Of a DNA stretch of 64,000 nt, positions 14,049 to 28,100 are shown piece by piece (the first letter of the stretch is position 1; each line of letters opens with the position of its first letter). The notes beneath the pieces are model-generated. The model was given only the letters and a program-made list of their open reading frames with translations. It had not been told where the DNA came from and made no database searches. Location: positions 124,001-188,000 of the forward strand of contig JAKMXF010000311.1 of the NCBI GenBank assembly GCA_024704765.1. Direction: 5' to 3'. A program made the translations under genes and the position numbers. Source of the DNA: Oopsacas minuta. Taxonomy: Eukaryota; Animalia; Porifera.

Positions 14049-15223
14049 TAATGACAGTATATGTGTTCTATTAGCAACTAGTTGAGAAAAGCGAAAACCC
14101 AAGTTGCAAATAAGCACACTCTACTGTAATATAATTATCTGAGTTATGGGCTGTAACAAATAGGAATAAATAAACCAGTGTAAAACTAACTAATAAAACT
14201 TGGGCGACTAATAAACATTTATTAGGCAACCATAAATTATATTTTAAGGAATTTTCACTAAAATTGATGGAAACAACATCACTCTCATTTGTATGTATAA
14301 TTTGAAGGTTCCCATCAATTTCTCACTTTCGATAACTCATGTAATGATTATTACAAGTGCATATGTTGGCAAAATATATGTTTATCATAGAGTTATATTA
14401 TAAAACATATTTCGAAAAGTATCCTGCCATCACCGATATTAAATCCAACGAACTTCAGTGAAAATCATCATAAATAGATGCACAAAATATGATTGCACTT
14501 AAAAGAATTTAACAATCAACCAATCTGAATAAAACATTGAAATTAAAAGCAGGAACTGGCCAATATATGAATAATACATTACTTTTAAACAATTACATAA
14601 TTTTTATCCACAAAATAATATAACTGATAGTCCATCGAAATGACCGCAAAATAAGTATTGAACCAAATATGGTTCATCCTCTAGGTAAACTTATGTTTCA
14701 ATTCAAATACGTATGTCTGAAGCTAGTGACGAAAACTGCATCCATTTCCACTATAATGTAACAAGAATGGACGTAATAGTGCTAAAATCAGCTGTAACTA
14801 ATAACTACACTATAAAGTGACATGTCTATCTATTAATTATTTATTCGTAAGATAAGAAATTTGAACATGTAATCATGTGTTCACAATACTATGCCAAACT
14901 TATACTAATATGTGAAGTACAAGAAACTAGACAGGTTTGGTTAGAAGGATTAGGTCAGTCAACTAGATTTGGATACGATCCAGACATCAATTGGTTCTTT
15001 ATTCACATAGCCTGGAATAGTGCTAATATGGAGTTGCAAATTGAATAAACTACTACCAGCATAAATATGTGGTGGTTATTCCTATAGTCAACACTTTAAC
15101 TAGCATAAGGGACTATGAATAATTGGATATTAGGGTAGACAAACTCCTAGGTTAGTTCGATTGGATGTAAACCAGGCATGAATCGATTTAATCAGAGCAT
15201 CCACCCATTATTTGTAGTAATAC

Positions 15224-15526
15224 CAGAGTTGCCAGATTATGTCATGCCACGCACCAATTTGAAAAGTTCATGCAAAAGTCAAAAATTCGTTCGTTTCGTT
15301 TGTCGTTATTTAATGTAGTAAACCAATTCACATACAAAGTGAAAATACATTAAGTCGTGTTCTCCCATTGGGACTACAGTTCAAAATATACGTACAAGTT
15401 TAAATATGAGAAAGTACACTAATAGAAGTACGTCAATGTTCATGGTTCATGCCATGAACTAGCCATAAGTAAAAGTTCATGCCAAAGCAAAAGCCTATGG
15501 ACTTTGTTCATGAAATGGTAACACTG
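15224..15526. mobile_element. Non-autonomous TIR element (CAGTGTTGCCA-type ends)
   Basis: Ends CAGAGTTGCCA and TGGTAACACTG; internal gttcatg/gccatg repeats; similar ends recur at about 59912-59989. Confidence 0.5.
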
Positions 15527-16132
15527 TCCAATATTACTGGAGTCAGGTTTTGATGGCGTCATGGCGCTACATGTTAGTTAAATTTACCTATCACTAGTCA
15601 ATTACTAGTCACTACGTTCGGCCATTGAAAAATCATGCCAATATATCCAATTATGTATAAGATAATAAATCCGATTAATAGGCAATATTTCTTTATCTGT
15701 ACATTATTATATTTCACACACATGCTTGATATATAACGTATCATTCTAGGTCGTAATATTATTCAAATTTGCACAGCTGTGCAGAATTGGTGATAATATT
15801 CAAGATTAATCCACATAAAAATATACACAAAAATAATACGCTTCTGTAGGAAATTATTACGTTTGGAACAAAATATTTTCAGATACATGAAATTAACGTA
15901 AATGTATTTTCATTTGCGTCTTTGAGTCAATATTTTATTTGTATCAATTTATGATACCATTACATAAGTGTATCATATTTACAATCTCAGAAGTAGACGT
16001 CTAAACTTTAATGGTTAAATGACGCGCTTAAATTATGGATTCTGCTTTAGGATGTGTTTATGAACATTTCCTATACCACAAATAAAGTATACATAACATT
16101 TTACAAATATTCATGTAATAAAGAGTACCAAC

Positions 16133-19100
16133 CTGTCTTCTTGCACGTCTAAACTGAGCGACGTTAGCTATAGTTTCAGCAGCAAGACATTTAAGTTCCA
16201 TTGCTCCATCTTGAAGGATTTTAACCAACTCTTCAAGTCCACCCAAATCCACAATAGACAGACGAATATGAGCATTCTCAGAAATCTCCCTCAATATCTT
16301 AAGAGATCCAATCTTACATTTCACGTCTTCTGTACAGATCAAATTTATTAACAGTTCTAAACCACCCACATCTTTGATTGCCATCTGACATGTTTCAAGT
16401 TTCAAGTTGAAGTCACGCATTGAACAGAGAGCTATTACAGTAGCTGTCTGGTTACCACCTTTAAGGTATTTGACAAGCTTTTGTATCTGCCAATATTCAG
16501 ACGGGAGGTCTGTAGTAGATTCGTTCCTACGCTCTGGATACTCCTCTTCGCTTTCATCATCTGAAGAGCTCTCAATAAACACACTAATATTTGTACCTAG
16601 AAATATAACAATTTTCCATGAATTTTTTAGTTCTGATACATTATACTAACATGCAGCAATTGACGAAGGCTGTATATTATTAGTTATTAAAAGCATAAAT
16701 ATTAGATCACCCAATTACTATTCAATAGTATAAAATGGAATTGCAAGGAAACTTTAAACAAGATGGGATTGTTACAAATCTTATTTGGTATACTTGATTG
16801 TTATAGTATTTTACTATTTGCTTGAAAGCATTGGTGGATTTATTACATAACTGATTTTTTCCCTTAATTACTTCATTGCTTTTGGCTGTCTATCCTTCTT
16901 AATTAATGTATATCTGAATTACTTAATAAACCAATTCTGGATTCTTAACTATACTATTAGTGGTTGCTAAGACGTGTTCAAGAAACTAAGTCAACTATTT
17001 TAACAATAAGAATACCAATGGTAAATAATATTAGATTAAACTATAGGAACACTGAATATGGTATAAATTATCATAATAAATGTCCTTAAGCAATACAAAA
17101 CTATTATTGAAAGAAACATCTTAGCCTACCAAACACTATCAATCATTGAGTCAAATTTTGGGCATTATTTATGCCATGCAGACGGACGGACAGATGGACG
17201 ACCCAATCACAAGGAGCATTGCGGGATTTTCTCAAAGAAGCTGCATAAACTAAAAGATAAACAAACACATGACAAAACTTACAATGAGAAAAAATAAAAG
17301 ATATAAAAATATTTCCATTACTAGAGTTAAGATAAAAACATGAATGGATGTTCAATCCATAATATGCATTAATATTCCTAAGATATAAGTATTGAAATAT
17401 GATTACTTGTGGCAAACACGCAAAATAATTTCTCGAGGAGGAATAATGTATCCAAGCAATTTCCCAAAATATTTTGCGGTATTTTCATGTTACATTGGAG
17501 TAATGTCGGTATCATTTATATTTGGATTCGTTTCTCCAACCCAGAAACAAATGATCCAAGAAAATATCCTGGATTATCAAACTCTACCAATTGTTGCCTC
17601 CATTATATTTATCGCAAAAGCATTTGCGTACAGTTCGGTGCCAATTTTTACACTACTTGGGTACAATCTAAAGATAGTAGCCATAATAAGTAGTCTACTT
17701 GGAGCAACAGGGTATATGTTGATCATCATAGCAAGTTCAGCACTGTATGTGATCTTAGGTGTCGCTCTAGTAGGGTATTCTACAGGAATTGCTGGGGTAT
17801 TCATCATTGCATATACCCCCGAAGTTACATTGGATAATCAGAAAAGAATCATATGCGGAGGATTTGGATTCTGCTTTAGGATAGGTATATTTATAGCTTA
17901 TTTCACAGGAATTTGGCTACCTTTCAGATGGTTAGCAATATTTGGGCTAATTCAATTAAGTGTGTTTGGCATTTTGATAATAATAAATCCTCATTCACCT
18001 GTATGGTATGTGCAACAAGGTTTGGATGATAAAGCTAAATTAACTCTCTTGTATTTACATGGTAGTGAGTTTGATGCAGATACTGAAATAGAGAAGATCA
18101 AGGGGAAGACACTGAGTAGTAAAATTAGTTGGAATGAAAGTTTCAGAGCCTTGAAAGAATGGAAAGTATTGAAACCCACTTTGGTAATTTCTGTAATTGC
18201 CTCTCTGAAAGAGTTAGGAGGTCATGAAGCTATGGTAGCATTCTCTTCTCATATTCTAGAGAATCAACAAGCAATGGATCCTAAAGTAGCATCTCTCTTC
18301 TATCCAATATTCTTGATTATTGGATCAATTATGTGTATGCTAATTATGAATTATTGTAAGTTGAAATGGCTGATGATAACAGCATCTATTTTCCAGGCTA
18401 TTTCTCACATCTCTATGGCAATCTATTATTTAGTTACTGAGCACTATCTACACTGTAATACAGAATACTCACAATTATGTCATACATTAGCATTTTGGCC
18501 GATTTCTAACATTGCCTTGTACGCCTTTTCATTTGGATTTGGTTGGGGAGTTGTTTACTTTACATTGGTAGGAACTATGTTTACTGTACACAAAGAATTA
18601 TCTATTGGAATCGGTGGTATAATAACAAACATTTGTTCCTACCTAGCTGTTATGATATTTTTCTACTTACTTCAAAACATTGGAGGATTTGCTACTTTCC
18701 TTATGCTCACAAGTACATACTTTATAGCTATTGTTTTCACCTACTTTTTCTTGAAGTTCTAATCAACAATACGTACTTGTGATAATAAATATTTCTATTG
18801 AACTTCTATATTTCGCTAGTTACTTAGGAAATAACATAAACACAGAAATAATATACTATTATATGCCAAAAACACAATTCAGAGCATTCCATAATACAAG
18901 GATTATCTAAAGGAAAGGGTGTGGTAGTCAAATAACGGAAAACAGAGAGATATTTATATCTGAATTACTTAATAAGTCAATTCTAGATTCTTAACTTTAC
19001 TATTAATGGTTGCTAAGACGTGTTCAAGAAACTAAGTCAACTATTTTAACAATAAGAATACCAATGGTAAATAATATTAGATTAAACTATAGGAACACTG

Positions 19101-22100
19101 AATATGGTATAAATTATCATAATAAATGTCCTTAAGCAATACAAAACTATTATTGAAAGAAACATCTTAGCCTACCAAACACTATCAATCATGAGTCAAA
19201 ATTTGGACATTATTTATTCCGTGCAGACGGACGGACAGATGGACGACCCAATCACAAAGAGCATTGCGGGATTTTCCAAAGAAGCTGCATAAACTAAAAG
19301 ATAAACAAACACATGACAAAACTTACAATGAGAAAAAATAAAAGATATAAAAATATTTCCATTACTAGAGTTAAGATAAAAACATGAATGGGTGTTCAAT
19401 CCATAATATGCATTAATATTCCTAAGAAATAAGTATTGAAATATGATTACTTGTGGCAAACACGCAAAATAATTTCTCGAGGAGGAATAATGTATCCAAG
19501 CAATTTCCCAAAATATTTTGCGGTATTTTCATGTTACATTGGAGTAATGTCGGTATCATTTATATTTGGATTCGTTTCTCCAACCCAGAAACAAATGATC
19601 CAAGAAAATATCCTGGATTATCAAACTCTACCAATTTTTGCCTCCATTATATATATCGCAAATGTATTTGCGTACAGTTCGGTGCCAATTTTTACACTAC
19701 TTGGGTACAATCTAAAGATAGTAGCCATAATAAGTAGTCTACTTGGAGCAACAGGGTATATGTTGATCATCATAGCAAGTTCAGCACTGTATGTGATCTT
19801 AGGTGTCGCTCTAGTAGGGTATTCTACAGGAATTGCTGGGGTATTCATCATTGCATATACCCCCGAAGTTACATTGGATAATCAGAAAAGAATCATAAGC
19901 GGAGGATTTGGATTCTGCTTTAGGATAGGTATATTTATAGCTTATTTCACAGGAATTTGGCTACCTTTCAGAGGGTTAGCAATATTTGGGCTAATTCAAT
20001 TAAGTGTGTTTGACATTTTGATAATAATAAATCCTCATTCACCTGTATGGTATGTGCAACAAGGTTTGGATGATAAAGCTAAATCAACTCTCTTGTATTT
20101 ACATGGTAGTGAGTTTGATGCAGATACTGAAATAGAGAAGATTAAGGGGAAGACACTGAGTAGTAAAATTAGTTGGAACGAAAGTTTCAGAGCCTTGAAA
20201 GAATGGAAAGTATTGAAACCCACTTTGGTAATTTCTGTAATTGCCTTTCTGAAAGAGTTAGGAGGTCATGAAGCTATGGTAGCATTCTCTTCTCATATTC
20301 TAGAGAATCAACAAGCAATGGATCCTAAAGTAGCATCTCTCTTTTATCCAATATGCTTGATTATTGGATCAATCGTGTGTATGCTAATTATGAATTATTG
20401 TAAGTTGAAATGGCTGATGATAACAGCATCTATTTTCCAGGCTATTTCTTACATCTCTATGGCAATCTATTATTTCGTTAGTGAGCATTATCTACACTGT
20501 AATACAGAATACTCACAATTATGTCATACATTAGCATTTTGGCCGATTTCTAACATTGCCTTGTACGCCTTTTCATTTGGATTTGGTTGGGGAGTTGTTT
20601 ACTTTGCATTGGCAGGGACTATGTTTACTGTACACAAAGAATTATCTATTGGAATCGGTGGTTTTATAACAAACATTTCTACCTACCTAGCTGTTATGAT
20701 ATTTTTCTACTTACTACAAAACATTGGAGGATTTGCTACTTTCCTTATGCTCACAAGTATATACTTGATAGCTATTGTTTTCATCTACTTTTTCTTGAAG
20801 TTCTAATCAATATATACTTGTGATAATAATAATTTCTATTAAACTTCTATATTTCGCTAGTTACTTAGGAAACAACATAAACATAGAAATAATAAACTAT
20901 TATATGCAATAAATCAATTCATAGTTTTCAATAATACATGGATTTTTGAATGGGTCGTTCAAATCTTACGTGAAGCTATCAAGGGAAGGGTGTGGTTGCA
21001 AAGTGTGACAACTCCATTCTTTTGTATCACGAAGTAGTCAAAGAACGTGACACAGGGAGGGGAGGGAGTCAAAATCTATGGGATATTGAGTTACGTACGG
21101 TTGAAGGGTTCCGAATTATAAGAGGGTAATTGGGTAAGTATTGACAAAACATCTGCCATCCATGGCCTCATCTGAACGTAACTAAGAACGAGCCAACTTC
21201 TTGTTACTCAGTTAGTATATAATAGTGTCAAGAAAACAATGCAGAGAAATAATGCATGTTAGAAATATTCCAACATATTTTGCAGCATTTTCATGCTACA
21301 TCGGGGCTTTGACAGTTGTTTTTATCATAGGATTTCCTTCTCCAACTCAAAAACAACTAATCGATGAAAATATTCTAGATTATCAAACTTTACCAATATT
21401 CGCTTCAATATCGCATATCACAAGAATATTAGGTTTGAGTTCTGCATCTCTTCTAGTTCAACTTGGTTTCAATCTAAAATTGCAAGCCGTAATAAGTAGT
21501 GTACTTGGTATAGCAGGGTATGTGTTGATAGTCATAGCAAATTCAGCTGTGTACGTAATCATAGGTGTCGCTCTAGTGGGGTATTATACAGGGATTGCTG
21601 TGATGTTCGTATTTACATATATTGCAGAGGTAACTTTGGATAACCAGAGAAAGGTCATGAGTGGGGGAATCGGATTCTGCATTAGATTAGGTTTGTTCAT
21701 AGCATATTTCGTCGGAATTTGGCTACCTTTCAGATGGTTAGCAGTATTTGGTTTAATTCAAGTATGTCTGTTTTGTCTTTTGATTTTATTCAATCCTCTT
21801 TCACCTGTATGGTATGTGCAACAAAGTTTGGATGATAAAGCTAAATCAACTCTCTTGTATTTACATGGTAGTGAGTTTGATGCAGATACTGAAATACAGA
21901 AGATTAAGGGTGAGACACTGAGTAGTAAAATTAGTTGGATTGAAAGTTTCAGGACCTTAAAAGAATGGAAAGTATTAAAACCAATGATTTTGATGGCTGT
22001 AATTGCCTCTCTGAAAGAGTTAGGAGGTCATGAAGCTATGGTAGCATTCTCTTCTCATATTCTAGAGAATCAACACACAATGGATCCTAAAGTAGCATCT

Positions 22101-25100
22101 CTCTTCTATCCAATATTCTTGATTATTGGAGCAATCGTGTGTATTCTAATTATGAATTATTGTAAGTTGAAATGGCTGATGATAACAGCATCTATTTTCC
22201 AGGCTATTTCTCACATCTCTATGGCAATCTATTATTTAGTTTCTGAGCACTATCTACACTGTAATACAGAATACTCACAATTATGTCATACACTAGCATT
22301 TTGGCCCATATTTAACATAGCACTGTTTTCATTTTCATTCGGATTTGGATGGGGACTTGTATACTTCGCGTTGGTTGGCATAATGTTTACTATACACAGG
22401 GAACTCTTTACTGCTATCACAGATATGATCACCAACTTTTCTTCATACATAGTTGTTATGATATTTTTCTATTTACTTCACAATATTGGTGGGTTTGCAA
22501 CTTTTCTAATATTCTCCTGTAATTACTTAATAGCAATTGGATTGGTATATTTCTTCTTCAATATATAATATCTGTTGTTATATCAATTTCCTCATAATTG
22601 TTAGGGCAACTTATTGCATATTATTTATCCCTTATTTATGCTGACAATTAAAATATATATATTTCACCTCCTATAGGGTATTAGGTGATATATGCTTAAT
22701 CATACCGGATTGGACCATATTTAAGATTTCATGTTTTCGAAATGACTGCAAAACCTACAATAAATCGAATTTCGACTTTGCATAATTTTCTGGTAATTTT
22801 CTATGAAAATATGTATAGCTATATAGTGATTTCGCTAATTAGCAACTCGCTAAACAGCAATATATAAATAAATATCAAGATTGTTTATAGCAACCATCAG
22901 GTTCAAAATGTAGATTTTGTACTAATTATATTCCCCAATTAGCAACTGTTTGAAAACAAAACACTCGAATGTACAAATTGCTGTATTTCTAAAGCATTCA
23001 GCGTGATCTTGTATTTTAGCGAGAAAATTGTTCCACAATATTTCAATGAATGATTACTAGAATGTAAAGATAACTACGTCAGTGTATTATTACACAAATG
23101 CATGACATGATGTAATGGGTAACGAGTTCTAATCTAAAATTCCAAGTAATTTGTATAGAACATGATTCTCGATTCAATAGCAGCAATATAATAAGAGAAA
23201 TAGTAAAGAAGTTGGTATGTAGGAGATAATAATGGCTCAAAATCATATACAAACATACTTCGCAGTATTTTCATGCTACATCGGAGCATTGACTGTTGTA
23301 TTTAGAATTGGATTTCCCTCTCCAACTCAAAAACAATTGCTCGAAGAAAATATTCTAGATTATCAAACGCTGCCAATTTTTGCTTCAATATCACAGTTAA
23401 CAAAGCTAATTGGAATAATAGCTGTTCCAATTGTGGTCCAATTTGGCATAAACCTGAAAGCAATTGTGATAGTAAATTTTGTAATTGGAGTGTTAGGATA
23501 CGTTTTGATTATTGTAGCGGAGTCGGCTACGTGTATAATCACTGGGATAGCATTGGAGGGAGTTTATGCAGGAATTCTTGGAATGTTTATAATTACATAC
23601 ATTGCAGAAATTAGCTTGGATGACCAAAGGCGAGTTATGAGTGGAGGATATGGATTTTCGGTTAGAATAGGTTTATTCGTAGCATATTTTGCAGGGATTT
23701 GGCTGCCTTTCAGATGGCTAGCAGTATTTGGGCTAATTCAGATATGTCTCTTCTGTCTTTTGATTATATTCAATCCTCTTTCACCTGTATGGTATGTGCA
23801 ACAAGGTTTGGATGATAAAGCTAAATCAACTCTCTTGTATTTACATGGTAGTGAGTTTGATGCAGATACTGAAATAGAAAAGATTAAGGGTAAGACACTG
23901 AGTAGTAAAATTAGTTGGAATGAAAGTTTCAGAGCCTTGAAAGAATGGAAAGTATTGAAACCCACTTTGGTAATTTCTGTAATTGCCTCTCTAAAAGAGT
24001 TAGGAGGTCATGAAGCTATGGTAGCATTCTCTTCTCATATTCTAGAGAATCAACAAGCAATGGATCCTAAAGTAGCATCTCTCTTCTATCCAATATTCTT
24101 GATTATTGGATCAATCGTGTGTATTCTAATTATGAATTATTGTAAGTTGAAATGGCTGATGATAACAGCATCTATTTTCCAGGCTATTTCTCACATCTCT
24201 ATGGCAATCTATTATTTAGTTACTGAGCACTATCTACACTGTAATACAGAATACTCACAATTATGTCATACACTAGCATTTTGGCCAATATTTAACATTG
24301 CTTTGTATGCATTTTCCTTTGGATTTGGCTGGGGACTTGTATACTTCGCATTGGTTGGTATCATGTTTACTACACATAGAGAAATATTATCTGCTATTTC
24401 TTCTATCATTTCCAATATCTCTGCCTATACAGCTATATTGGTGTTCTTCTATTTGTTAAACAATATCGGAGGATTCGCTACTTTCCTAATATTCTCGAGT
24501 AATTATTTCATAGCAATTGGAGTTGTCTATTTTTTCATGAATATCTAATTCTTCATATATATTCCCTCAATATTATGTTCGTTTATCAAGTTTAGCTAAA
24601 AGATTACACACATGCTTAATTGTGCTATTATTTGTGGGAGACTGAGAGTACAGTGGAACTCGGATAAGAAGTACAACTTCAAGAAACAAAAATTGTAAGA
24701 ACTATCAGAGATCTGAGGCTATCCTGACACTACACATCGCCTCAGTTATCTTCCTGTCTATGCTACGAGTGCATGTGTCGATTCCTTTGCTTAGACAAAG
24801 AATGATTACACCTACAGTAGAACTCGGTTAATACATACAACGTACTACTTCTTTCAAACTAAATATCATCTCTAGTTATGTTGTTGTTCAGTTTGTTTGC
24901 TCAGACTCAAACTTCATTGTGTATAACTTATTATACTTGAGTGATTATGAATTTAGACGTAATGAACCCTGGGCCTGACTCCATTAGCTTTATTTCGAAA
25001 TCAGAGAAGTTCGACGCCCATACGAGAGATTGTATCCCGAATGTATCGGTTCGCTTGCTTAGGATTAAACTCTGGTGCTTGATTTAAGGATTGGTATTTG

Positions 25101-28100
25101 AGTGCATTATTAATAAGTTCACCTTCAATTTGTGTATAGGCACCACAATTGCTACTTGTGAATTAAAATAGTTGTTCATCCTAGCATTATCACAAGCGGG
25201 AAGCTTATTGCATGACTTAATACAAGAGCAATGAGTTCAAAATTGGAAACAAAAACATTCATAAAATAACAATGTGAGTGGATTGTGAATAGTAAATGTG
25301 ATCGTTGATTCAATAAATTTATATTTATTAAACTAAAGAGTGGGTTCTGAATAATATATGGAGGAGGAAAATGAGTGCTAGGAATATTCCAACATATTTT
25401 GCAGTATTTTCATGCTACATTGGAATAGTGGCCCTTATTAATATAGTTGGATTTTCTTCGCCAACTCAAAAACAATTGATTCACGAAAATATACTGAATG
25501 ACCAAACCCTACCAATATTTGCTTCGATCTCACATATCACAAGAATATTTGGCGGAATTTCTGCTACAATTCTTACTCAATTTGGATTCAACCTGAAAGT
25601 AGTCGTATTAGTAAGTAGTGTAATAGGGATGCTAGGTTATGAATTGATCATAATAGCTGAATCGGCTACATGCATAATCAGCGGGGCAGCTTTGGTTGGA
25701 GCATACACAGGGAGTGTTGTGTTGTTTACAAACACTTATATTGCAGAAGTTGCGTTGGATAGTCAGAGAAAAGCAATGGGCGGCGGGTTGGGCTTCAGCG
25801 TTAGAATAGGTTTGTTTATAGTATATTTTACTGGAATTTGGCTCCCTTTTAGATGGCTAGCTGTATCCGGATTAATCGAAGTTTGTGTATTTTGCTTTTT
25901 GATTGTAATAAATCCTCTTTCACCTGTATGGTATGTTCAACAAGGTTTGGATGATAAAGCTAAATCAACTCTCTTGTATTTACATGGTAGTGAGTTTGAT
26001 GCAGATACTGAAATACAGAAGATTAAGGGGAAGACACTGAGTAGTAAAATTAGTTGGATTGAAAGATTCAGGACCTTAAAAGAATGGAAAGTAATAAAAC
26101 CAATGGTATTGATAGCTGTACTCGCATTTCTGAAAGAGTTAGGAGGTCATGAAGCTATGGTAGCATTCTCTTCTCATATTCTAGAGAATCAACAAGCAAT
26201 GGATCCTAAAGTAGCATCTCTCTTCTATCCAATATTCTTGATTATTGGATCAATCATGTGTATGCTAATTATGAATTATTGTAAGTTGAAATGGCTGATG
26301 ATAACAGCATCTATTTTCCAGGCTATTTCTCACATCTCTATGGCAATCTATTATTTAGTTTCTGAGCATTATCTACACTGTAATACAGAATACTCACAAT
26401 TATGCCATAAGCTAGCCTTTTGGCCAATATTTAACATTGCTTTGTTCGCCTTTTCCTTTGGATTTGGCTGGGGACTTGTATACTTCTCTCTTATTGGAAT
26501 TATGTTCACTAAGCATAGAGAATTGTTTACTGGTATCTCATCTGCTATTACGAACCTTGCTAACTACATGGCTATAATGATATTCTTCTATTTATTAAAG
26601 AATATTGGAGGATTCGCCACTTTCCTGATATTCTCGAGTAATTATTTTATAGCAATTGCATTTATATCTTTCTTCTTGAATATATAGTTTATTGCTAACT
26701 AAACATGATATACATATTATTATTCAATAGCTGTAGATGTTATTAAATTAATTTGAAAAATATTGAATTGATTGTGTGAACGTTCATCACTGCACTAAAC
26801 TTGAATAAGGTTATATTTCGTATATCATAAGCTATCTGAATGGTCTCCTATTGTCCATTCAACTTAGTCAATTACTCTAATATGATCCATGATCCCATGA
26901 TTTAATGTTGGTAATAGGTATTGAGTTGTAAAATGAATTTGCGCGCGCGTGACGTATTTGTTGAAGAAAATGTGAGTTCCCAAACAGACAATAAAGATAA
27001 AATAATAGTAATTTTCAACAGTCTTATTGTGAAAAGAGTGAAATGATTTTCAGGGAACTTCCAACTTACTTTGCAGTATTTTCATGCTACATAGGAGTAT
27101 TTTCTGGAATATTTATAGGCGGATTTACTTCTCCAACGCAAAAGCAATTGATCGAGGAAAACATTTTAGATTACCAAACACTGCCAATATTTGCATCCAT
27201 CTCACAATTCTCAAGAATTTTTGGTCTGTCCATTGCTCCTCTTTTAGTTCAATTAGGAATTAATCTGAATGTAATTGTAACTGTGAATTGTTTGTACGGA
27301 TTATTAGCATGTATGTTGATCATATTATCTAGTTCAGCTGCCTGGGTAATTGCTGGCGTTGCGTTTATGGGAATGCATACTGGAATCATTGAGATATATT
27401 TGATGACATATATTGCAGAAGTGAGTTTAGAAAATCAAAGGAAAATAACAATCGGTGGATTTGGATTTTGTATAAGAATAGGATTGTTCATAGTCTTTTT
27501 GGCAGGAATTTGGCTGCCTTTCAGATGGTTAGCAGTATTTGGAATAATCCAGATTTGTCTGTTTTGCCTTTTGACTGTTTTCAATCCTCTTTCACCTGTA
27601 TGGTATGTGCAACAAGGTTTGGATGATAAAGCTAAATCAACTCTCTTGTATTTACATGGTAGTGAGTTTGATGCAGATACTGAAATAGAGAAGATTAAGG
27701 GTGAGACACTGAGTAGTAAAATTAGTTGGATTGAAAGTTTCAGAGCTTTGAAAGACTGGAAAGTATTGAAAACAATTTTGATATTGTCCGTAATAGGTAT
27801 TTTGAAAGAATGTGGAGGTCATGAAGCTATGGTATCATTCTCTTCTCACATTCTAGAGAATCAACAAGCAATGGATCCTAAAGTAGCATCTCTCTTCTAT
27901 CCAATATTCTTGATTATTGGAGCAATCGTGTGTATTCTAATCATGAATTATTGTAAGTTGAAATGGCTGATGATAACAGCATCTATTTTCCAGGCTATTT
28001 CTCACATCTCTATGGCAATCTATTATTTAGTTACTGAGCACTATCTACACTGTAATACAGAATACTCACAATTATGTCATACACTAGCATTTTGGCCAAT

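Larger units (their letters stand above)
16909..20930. repeat. Recent tandem segmental duplication, period about 2044 bp, covering sugar porters 1 and 2 and their flanks
   Basis: About 500 bp of upstream non-coding DNA, the CDS and the 3' flank are near-identical between about 16909-18890 and about 18955-20930; ends approximate. Confidence 0.9.

Noticed and set aside
17430-25370. Shine-Dalgarno-like GGAGG/AGGAG upstream of the ATG in porter copies 1, 2, 4 and 5, hinting at bacterial origin or HGT
   Set aside because: The proteins resemble eukaryotic GLUT8/Tret1, they sit among spliced metazoan genes, and copies 3, 6 and 7 lack the motif. Purine-rich leaders are enough to explain it.
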